Source of the DNA: Clostridia bacterium | Lineage (GTDB): Bacteria; Bacillota; Clostridia; UMGS1810 | Reading direction: 5' to 3' | DNA length: 64,000 nucleotides | Assembly (NCBI GenBank): GCA_045589495.1 | Contig: JAZNPF010000041.1 | Span: forward strand, 6,649 to 70,648 | In this document: positions 58,306 through 64,000 of the stretch, in pieces | Position numbering within the stretch: the first letter of the stretch is position 1 | Layout of the letters: each line of letters begins with the position of its first letter | Program-made: the position numbers and the translations under genes | Notes under the pieces: generated by a model | Databases searched by the model: none | Told to the model about the DNA's origin: nothing | Seen by the model: only the letters and a program-made list of their open reading frames with translations

Positions 58306-60199
58306 TTCCTTCCTTCACAAGATATGCCAAATAATCATTTAAGGTCGTTTGGAAATCCTCACGGGTCAATTTTGTGTAATCGGTTTTCATATAGGCCTCG
58401 CAAAGCCATTCGTTATTATGACTAACACAAGCCTTGGCGGTCAAGCCATCTACAACCTCTTTTTCGCGATACAACCTTAACCATTCGGATTTTATGGCTT
58501 CCCATCTCTCGTATGCATCAACTCTACCAAGCTTTTTACGTTTCACGAATCCGTCGTCTTTATAATATCCAAAAAAAGTTGATACTTTCGAATCATGCTT
58601 CTTTTTTGCCTCCCATACCATTACACAAACGCATGTACCTGCTCCTTGACCATAAAAAATATCATCGGGCATGGAAAAAACAGCTTTCAGCGTATGCTTT
58701 CCCATCAATCTTTCCCTAACTTCTTTGAACTTTGTGCCTATAGCGCAACTCATCGGGCAAACAACAGCAACTTCTCCACCTTGACAAATCAAGCTCAATT
58801 CTTGCTCTAAAAATTCAAGTTCTGCATGATCTTTTTGGGAATACGGAGGGTTCAGTAATCCTTTGTTTAGAACGATATCGTCTCCTTTGGTATCTTTAAG
58901 ATTCTTGAATTTCTTGATTGTATTTTTATCAAAACAATCCCCATGCAAAATATGAGATTTTCCATCTTTTCTCATAATCATGTTTGCGAGAGCGAGAGTA
59001 TGTATATCAGAATCTTGCTCAATGCCGTAAAGATTGTTTTTACGAATGTATTCTATGTCATCTGGAGTTGCTGCCTCTTTAAACATTTTCCCCATTGCGG
59101 TTACAAGGAAGGCCCCGCTACCGCAACAAATATCTACAACACGAGAGTCCTTGTCGATATTGATTAGGTCGGCCATAAATTCTGTCAAATGTTGAGGAGT
59201 CAGGACGATACCAAGAGAGTTTCCATCGCCAGAGGAATAACTAATAAATTCGTGATAGAAAATCCCAAGTGCATCTATGGTGTTCCCAACATAATCCATC
59301 ATGGGTTTGATCTTCATTTCGAGTTGATTTATATACCAACGCAAAGAATTATCATCAGAAAGAGGGGTAGCCCTCAGTTTAATAACTGATCCGATTTCGG
59401 CAAATTTCCCTTTAATTTCTTTTATTTTATTATTGCTAATTTCTCCATCCGATAACACACGCTCTATTGCAGATAAGCTACTATCTAACAAGGTATTAAA
59501 ACTGGTGATCTTATCATAATCATTACTAAAATCTTCATCTTGCAAAGCTATAAGAACTCCCGCAATAAATAAAGGCTTCAACTTTTCTGTCATTTTGTTT
59601 ATTCTCAAAGAATCATGGATGTTAACTGCAGTAGCTTTTACTTCAGGCAGACTATATGCTTTTTGTACTTTTTCTCCTCGAACCAACTTTAAATAGTTTT
59701 CTGGTTCCAAAATAATATTCTTCGATTTAGTAAGTTCCGTATATGTTGTTTGATTTTTAGCCCAATAAAAAGCATCAACCTTAATATCAGCTTTTTTTGC
59801 TCCAGAGATAGCAACAGCAATTACATTGAAATAAGATTTGAGATATTTAGTGTAATATAATACACCGTCAACGGCAAAGTCTTTGGGGTGATCTAAGCAC
59901 TCGCTTGTATGCTTTTTGACAGAATTTTTACACTCTATTACTAAAATAGTGTTCAAATCGTGCTTTAAAGTGATAACATACTCCGGCTTTGCCTTCCCAG
60001 GACCAGAAGTTGAAAAATCATCCAAAGCACAGTCTTTCGGTTTCCCGCCAGCGTTTTTAAGAGCAAGGTTTATATTAGAGTTAGGTGTTGTTTCACCTTG
60101 AACATAAACAAATCCAAAATCATTTTCACCATAAGCAGATATTTTCATCTCTTGTTCGGTGAGTTTTTCGGTATATTTTTCAATTTTAGTAGTTGCCAT
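58283..60199 (-). CDS. Fused N-terminal nuclease-like domain plus gamma-class N6-adenine methyltransferase (type IIB BcgIA-like or HsdM-like)
   Basis: The AdoMet motif is VVDICCGSGAFL and the catalytic motif is LLNPPYS. The N-terminal roughly 170 aa contain PEYVITLKHDLNTILVIECKN, a PD-(D/E)xK-like (D/E)...ExK pattern. ATG at 60199 follows GGAGGG. Confidence 0.7.
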   Translation of the reverse strand: MATTKIEKYTEKLTEQEMKISAYGENDFGFVYVQGETTPNSNINLALKNAGGKPKDCALDDFSTSGPGKAKPEYVITLKHDLNTILVIECKNSVKKHTSECLDHPKDFAVDGVLYYTKYLKSYFNVIAVAISGAKKADIKVDAFYWAKNQTTYTELTKSKNIILEPENYLKLVRGEKVQKAYSLPEVKATAVNIHDSLRINKMTEKLKPLFIAGVLIALQDEDFSNDYDKITSFNTLLDSSLSAIERVLSDGEISNNKIKEIKGKFAEIGSVIKLRATPLSDDNSLRWYINQLEMKIKPMMDYVGNTIDALGIFYHEFISYSSGDGNSLGIVLTPQHLTEFMADLINIDKDSRVVDICCGSGAFLVTAMGKMFKEAATPDDIEYIRKNNLYGIEQDSDIHTLALANMIMRKDGKSHILHGDCFDKNTIKKFKNLKDTKGDDIVLNKGLLNPPYSQKDHAELEFLEQELSLICQGGEVAVVCPMSCAIGTKFKEVRERLMGKHTLKAVFSMPDDIFYGQGAGTCVCVMVWEAKKKHDSKVSTFFGYYKDDGFVKRKKLGRVDAYERWEAIKSEWLRLYREKEVVDGLTAKACVSHNNEWLCEAYMKTDYTKLTREDFQTTLNDYLAYLVKEGNVYESND

Positions 60200-60488
60200 T
60201 TTGTTTCCCTCCATCAAGGTTCTCTAACTTTCTCATTATCTTTATAACATCTTTGCCCTTATCTGTAATTGTGTATCCTTTTTTGCCATCAAGTTCAATG
60301 CAATGGGCATCTTGTAACAAACGCATTCGTTTATTTATCGTTGTTGGGCTACAATTTAATTCTTCTGCTATTTCTATCTGTGAAAATCTCACAGATACTT
60401 TTTTCCTACTTTTTGTCAGGTTTTCCGAAAGCCAAAACAACAAGAAGTACTCTGCAGATGCAAAGATTTTTATTGAATTTTTAACCAC
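60186..60488 (-). CDS. Small winged-helix/HTH DNA-binding protein, first gene of the R-M operon (candidate controller)
   Basis: FSQIEIAEELNCSPTTINKRMRLLQDAHCIELDGKKGYTITDKGKDV. The GTG start at 60488 follows GGAGGTG, and the stop overlaps the methyltransferase start by 14 nt. Confidence 0.65.
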   Translation of the reverse strand: MVKNSIKIFASAEYFLLFWLSENLTKSRKKVSVRFSQIEIAEELNCSPTTINKRMRLLQDAHCIELDGKKGYTITDKGKDVIKIMRKLENLDGGKQNGNY

Positions 60489-60532
60489 AGAAGCACCTCC
60501 ATATTACTACATAAATCTGTATTATCTTACAA

Positions 60533-60574
60533 TATTATATACGTATATTATACTATATTTTTTTGTAATGTCAA
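60533..60574 (-). promoter_or_regulatory. Promoter of the HTH/R-M operon with a palindrome overlapping the -10
   Basis: The minus strand reads TTGACA (60574-60569), a 16 nt spacer, then TATAAT (60552-60547). The 12-bp perfect palindrome ATATACGTATAT (60537-60548) extends to 20 bp with one mismatch pair. Confidence 0.5.
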
Positions 60575-60671
60575 TAGTATTTAATAAAATGTAAAATTTA
60601 TTTTCACAATTGGGAATGAAAATTCTTAATAGAGGAGCATTTTATCAAAATTAGAGGTGTTTTCCACCGAC

Positions 60672-60705
60672 AAAAAGCTTACAGGATTTCAACTGTAAGC
60701 TTTTT
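60672..60705 (-). terminator. Terminator hairpin 3' of the serine recombinase gene
   Basis: AAAAAGCTTACAG / CTGTAAGCTTTTT stem, 15 nt after the stop at 60721. Confidence 0.75.
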
Positions 60706-60720
60706 CGTGCCTGTTATTTT

Positions 60721-62340
60721 TCAGGCTGATGCTTCCTCGTAATCGTCCTCATATATCATACCGATTTCATCTGTATAACTTTTTTCGAGGAATGGTGCCT
60801 TCATTCGTATTTCAAGGCGGAGTCCGTATTCATCCTCGTGGATTATTATTTTTTCTAACAGCAGGCACAAATTTGTGTGGCTCAGTTCCTTTTCACTTAA
60901 TATCTTATCAAGCAGATTTGCATTTTCGAGCATTGCCTTTTTTCTCTCTTTGATGTTTTTATCAATATTCTCTATTTTGGCAATCTCATTTTTGAAGCCT
61001 TCGATTTCTCTGTTCCGCTTTTCTATCATTCTTTCATATCTTTCGGCATTATCCCTGTCCTTGATTTTCTCCATCAGTATTTGTTCAACCTCAAGCTCGG
61101 TTGCATTTATACTGTCCTGAAGCCGTTTTATCCTCTTGCTGACATTATTTTTCTGTGACATCCATGACCGTATATCACTTTCGATTTGCCTTGAGCATTT
61201 GGCAAGTCCGTCTCTCATTACGGCAAGTTGTTTGTAAATTTGTTCGTCAAGCACCGATTCGTTAATTCTGTGTGAAGAACATACCATATGGGTGTGTCTG
61301 TGATATCCATTGCACACATATTCGATTATGTCCGGCTTACCTTTTGTTTTTAGCCTTTTGGCTGTGAATGTGCTACCGCAATCTCCGCATTTTAAGAGAG
61401 AAGCATATCTGTGGCAAGGCTGATTATTTTGCGATTTCACTCTGCCCTCTGAGTTTATCCGTATAATCTCTTGTACCTTGTCCCAAATCTCTCTTGGGAT
61501 AATTGCAGGAACAGCATCCTTATGTATAAATTGTTCCTCTTTGGGTACCTTTATCTGCCTTTTGGTTATACGACTTCGCTCCCTTTGATGATTTACCAAA
61601 TCTCCGCAGTAGAAGGGATTAGTGAGAACTCTTCGCACTATGGAATATGTCCACAGATATTCAAAGGCTGCTTTTGGTTTGTTCTCACCAAGACTTTTTC
61701 CTTTTAACTTTAGTTCATAGTAGGCAGGTGTTTTAACACCTTCTTGATTCAATATTTTTGCTATTGTTTCCGTACCATGACCATCTAAGAACAGCTTATA
61801 TATTCTTCTGATAATATCTGCCGTTTCCTCACATATCTCAACTTTTTTGGTGTACCTGTCCTTTAGGTATCCCATCGGCACATTGATAATTATTCCTTCA
61901 AATTCTTGTTTGTGTCTTAATGCGGCGAGAATTTTAACGATTATGTCTTGCACATAACTATCGTTTATTAAGCCTTTGAAACCTATGATTAAATCATCAC
62001 TTCTGTTAAAAGAATCTATTCCTTCCGTTACGGATACAATCCTTACATTTCGCTCTTTCATATCCTTTACGATGAGAAGCGTATAGAATCTATCACGGCT
62101 CAGCCTTGATAAATCTTTTATATAAACTGTATCAATCATTTTAGCATCTGCCAGTTCGTACATTCGTTTGATACCCGGGCGGTCAAAAAGCGTTCCGCTT
62201 ATGTTATCCTCTAAAACTTCATCAACAATGGTATCTCCGACCTTATGTACATATTCTCTTACTAAGTCCCTTTGCATGTGTAGGGATTCGTGTTCTGCAT
62301 CTTCGTCTCGTGAATTTCTGCATAGTATAAATCCTGCCAT
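60721..62340 (-). CDS. Large serine recombinase (TnpX-like)
   Basis: Resolvase catalytic domain (ILCRNSRDED..., EDNISGTLFDRPG, IKDLSRLSRDR), a recombinase domain, a Cys-rich zinc ribbon (CGDCGSTF...YVCNGYHRHTHMVCSSH), a coiled coil and a conserved C-terminal tail. ATG at 62340 follows GGAGGTG. Confidence 0.85.
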   Translation of the reverse strand: MAGFILCRNSRDEDAEHESLHMQRDLVREYVHKVGDTIVDEVLEDNISGTLFDRPGIKRMYELADAKMIDTVYIKDLSRLSRDRFYTLLIVKDMKERNVRIVSVTEGIDSFNRSDDLIIGFKGLINDSYVQDIIVKILAALRHKQEFEGIIINVPMGYLKDRYTKKVEICEETADIIRRIYKLFLDGHGTETIAKILNQEGVKTPAYYELKLKGKSLGENKPKAAFEYLWTYSIVRRVLTNPFYCGDLVNHQRERSRITKRQIKVPKEEQFIHKDAVPAIIPREIWDKVQEIIRINSEGRVKSQNNQPCHRYASLLKCGDCGSTFTAKRLKTKGKPDIIEYVCNGYHRHTHMVCSSHRINESVLDEQIYKQLAVMRDGLAKCSRQIESDIRSWMSQKNNVSKRIKRLQDSINATELEVEQILMEKIKDRDNAERYERMIEKRNREIEGFKNEIAKIENIDKNIKERKKAMLENANLLDKILSEKELSHTNLCLLLEKIIIHEDEYGLRLEIRMKAPFLEKSYTDEIGMIYEDDYEEASA

Positions 62341-62456
62341 TTTTTTCACCTCCGTTTTATTCTTGAGGGAACCGAAAAGGTTATTTTCGGCTCCCTTTTC
62401 AGCAACATACAATACCATAATAAATTCAATATATCCAGCTAAAAACCTAACCAAAG

Positions 62457-62615
62457 TTATGCTGAATTTTCGTGCAATTCATCCTCGGCTGATATCATAT
62501 TTTCAGTCAGATATTCTTGTGCTACCGCCCGAAGAAAATTCATATAATCTTCTTCGGTTCCAACGCACTTTATGCTAACTGTATAAACATAAAGCTCTTT
62601 TTCTTTTCTTGCCAT
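62457..62615 (-). CDS. Small hypothetical protein (52 aa) between relaxase and recombinase
   Basis: ATG at 62615 is preceded by GAGGTG, 15 nt after the relaxase stop. It encodes MARKEKELYVYTVSIKCVGTEEDYMNFLRAVAQEYLTENMISAEDELHENSA. It falls below the ORF-track size cutoff. Confidence 0.5.
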   Translation of the reverse strand: MARKEKELYVYTVSIKCVGTEEDYMNFLRAVAQEYLTENMISAEDELHENSA

Positions 62616-62629
62616 TTTAATCTCACACC

Positions 62630-64000
62630 TCACATTCCAATCATGAAATCGATGTATTCTTCATCCTCAATTTCATCTTCTAACATTTCATCGATTTCTT
62701 CCTGTTCACGGATAAGCTCTTCGTCAGGCTCATCTTTTTGTACAAGTGCCGATATAATTCCTGCACCAATACCTATTAATGCTCCAAGATTTCCGCCTGC
62801 CATTTTTGCTTCCTGTTCCTTTTTTCTTTCTTCCTCATCATCACTGCCTGAGTCTATCATGTCAGCAAGCGCTGCAGCACCATGAAGAGCAGTGCCGACA
62901 ACCCCACCGAGGTCAGTCCCACCGTAATGATAATTTTCATCATGCGGTTCTCCAGTTCTTCTCTCAAATCTTCCAGTTCCGATATCTTCTCGCTCATCGT
63001 TTTCGAGTAATCCAGAATCTCCGTAGTCATCGTCCGGGATATCTCCGAAATAAATTCCTCTCTCTTTTTCCCATCCTGTTGTATTATCTCCGATAGATTC
63101 TCTATCTGTTGTTGGTTCAGTTCCAATGACCGAGCCAGCATATCTGCCATCCCTTTCTGCACTACCGAGGTCTGATTCTTTACGAATTTCTCCAGGTCTT
63201 GGCTCGTAGAGAGTCCATCTATCATCCTGTACAGTGTAGGTTGAAATGTCACTGCTTCCCGTAGGAGTCTCTGTTCTTCCAACCTCATCTCTTTGGGTAT
63301 TGCATACAGTATCGGTTGGTATGGTATATCTTCCAATTTCTTCATCGCCTGACCATTCAGTCTTTTCAATTGTTCCGTTGGTGATGTGTTTTGATAATTG
63401 TTCTCGTAGTTTGAATTCATTCTCTATCTTTCCTTTCAAGTATTTTTGTTCGTGTAATTTGAAGTCTCTGCACTTCATTCCGTTGGGACAAATAAATGTA
63501 ATTGATTTTCTTGTATCTGTCCAAATCATATCGTAGCCACGCCGTTTCATTTCCTGTACGAAATCTTTACGGCTTCCGCTTTTCTTCATGGCTTGATCGA
63601 TATTCCACATCAGTGCAAACTTCCAACTGGTACCTCGTTGTGCTGCTCTGTACTCTCCCCGAGGGATATAGCTTGTACGCTTTTGAGGATTTTTTATAAT
63701 CGAGTATCCGTGACTCATGCAAATCCTGTCGCTTTTCTCCCTGAGATGTTGCAGCGTATGAGTGTCTTGCCTCAGCTTATATCCGGTCTCAAAACTTACA
63801 GAGTTTATAACAAAGTGCGTGTGAGGGTTTCTTGCATCGAGATGTGTTGCTACTAATATTTCATGTCCGGGCCAAGCTTCTGCCGCAAATTCTCTTGCAA
63901 TTTCATGTGCCTTATCATGTGTGATTCCTTCTTTGTAAGAGAACGATTGCACATAGTGATAATAATATGTACCTTCCAATTTGTCATAAGCCGCTTTGGT
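62630..64000 (-). CDS. MobA/VirD2-family relaxase (mobilisation nuclease), 5' end outside the window
   Basis: HLDARNPHTHFVINSV is the HxDxxxxHxH relaxase histidine motif. The frame stays open from 64000. The C-terminal roughly 260 residues are G/D/E/R/T-rich and low in complexity. Confidence 0.75.
   Translation of the reverse strand, partial: TKAAYDKLEGTYYYHYVQSFSYKEGITHDKAHEIAREFAAEAWPGHEILVATHLDARNPHTHFVINSVSFETGYKLRQDTHTLQHLREKSDRICMSHGYSIIKNPQKRTSYIPRGEYRAAQRGTSWKFALMWNIDQAMKKSGSRKDFVQEMKRRGYDMIWTDTRKSITFICPNGMKCRDFKLHEQKYLKGKIENEFKLREQLSKHITNGTIEKTEWSGDEEIGRYTIPTDTVCNTQRDEVGRTETPTGSSDISTYTVQDDRWTLYEPRPGEIRKESDLGSAERDGRYAGSVIGTEPTTDRESIGDNTTGWEKERGIYFGDIPDDDYGDSGLLENDEREDIGTGRFERRTGEPHDENYHYGGTDLGGVVGTALHGAAALADMIDSGSDDEEERKKEQEAKMAGGNLGALIGIGAGIISALVQKDEPDEELIREQEEIDEMLEDEIEDEEYIDFMIGM
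62857..63420 (-). CDS. Out-of-frame nested ORF (187 aa) inside the relaxase 3' half: coiled-coil protein with C-terminal TM helix
   Basis: The ATG at 63420 comes two codons after in-frame stops and AAAGGAAAG lies upstream. The sequence is heptad-rich (LELNQQQIENLSEIIQQDGKKREEFISEI...ISELEDLREELENR) and ends IIITVGLTSVGLSALLFMVL. Its stop overlaps an in-frame ATG of the other frame (ATGA). Confidence 0.4.
   Translation of the reverse strand: MNSNYENNYQNTSPTEQLKRLNGQAMKKLEDIPYQPILYAIPKEMRLEEQRLLREAVTFQPTLYRMIDGLSTSQDLEKFVKNQTSVVQKGMADMLARSLELNQQQIENLSEIIQQDGKKREEFISEISRTMTTEILDYSKTMSEKISELEDLREELENRMMKIIITVGLTSVGLSALLFMVLQRLLT

Noticed and set aside
62341-62454. 38-codon N-terminal extension of the serine recombinase ORF
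   Set aside because: The ATG at 62340 is preceded by GGAGGTG and places the catalytic serine at the usual distance from the N-terminus. The extension is hydrophobic and unlike resolvase domains.
62517-63536. Plus-strand ORFs (62517..62885, 62779..63096, 63246..63536) antisense to the relaxase 3' half
   Set aside because: Their products are Ser/Phe/Leu-rich mirror images of the GAN-rich sense codons. They show that this region is stop-poor in several frames, which tempers the nested-ORF finding, but they are not credible genes.
1-64000. Search for CRISPR arrays, rRNA genes, IS transposases, prophage structural genes and toxin-antitoxin pairs
   Set aside because: No regularly spaced direct repeats, rRNA-like sequence, DDE/IS terminal repeats or phage morphogenesis genes were seen on either strand. 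The only repeats found are those listed as features.

Overview
Low-GC Firmicutes (Clostridia-type) chromosomal segment from a spore-former, since spoIIGA-sigE is present. It has three blocks.

(1) 1-14.6 kb, housekeeping. It holds the lepA 5' end, a YitT-family gene and an EamA transporter. The rpmH-rnpA-yidD-yidC-jag cluster lies on the minus strand. On the plus strand are spoIIGA-sigE, ylxM-ffh-rpsP-khpA-rimM-trmD, a YhaN/SbcC-like membrane ATPase, asp23-yloV, a small HMA protein and tRNA-Leu(TAG).

(2) 14.7-56.9 kb, a roughly 42 kb pectin / rhamnogalacturonan / hexuronate utilisation locus. Genes with recognisable families:
- uxaB-uxaA-uxaC and rhaM
- GH4, GH43, GH20-like and a beta-helix protein
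- four SGNH esterases, an alpha/beta hydrolase and a serine hydrolase
- three tandem Gfo/Idh/MocA oxidoreductases
- an LplABC-like ABC importer
- three AraC regulators

It also holds five consecutive large secreted proteins, two of them SLH-anchored, whose families I cannot name.

(3) 57.0-64.0 kb, mobile/defence DNA. It contains an orphan 3' half of a tRNA-Leu, a three-gene HTH / nuclease-methyltransferase / specificity-subunit R-M cassette (BcgI-like type IIB architecture), a large serine recombinase, a small ORF and a MobA/VirD2-type relaxase that runs off the right edge.

Most notable observations:
- The terminal sugar-isomerase gene of the locus is fused in frame to the C-terminal remnant of a second serine recombinase that abuts the intact tRNA-Leu.
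- The whole carbohydrate locus is therefore bracketed by tRNA-Leu(TAG)-associated recombinase scars.
- The relaxase 3' half contains a 187-codon out-of-frame ORF that looks more protein-like than the annotated frame.

No CRISPR array, rRNA or transposase was seen. All family calls come from reading motifs by eye. No database search was run.
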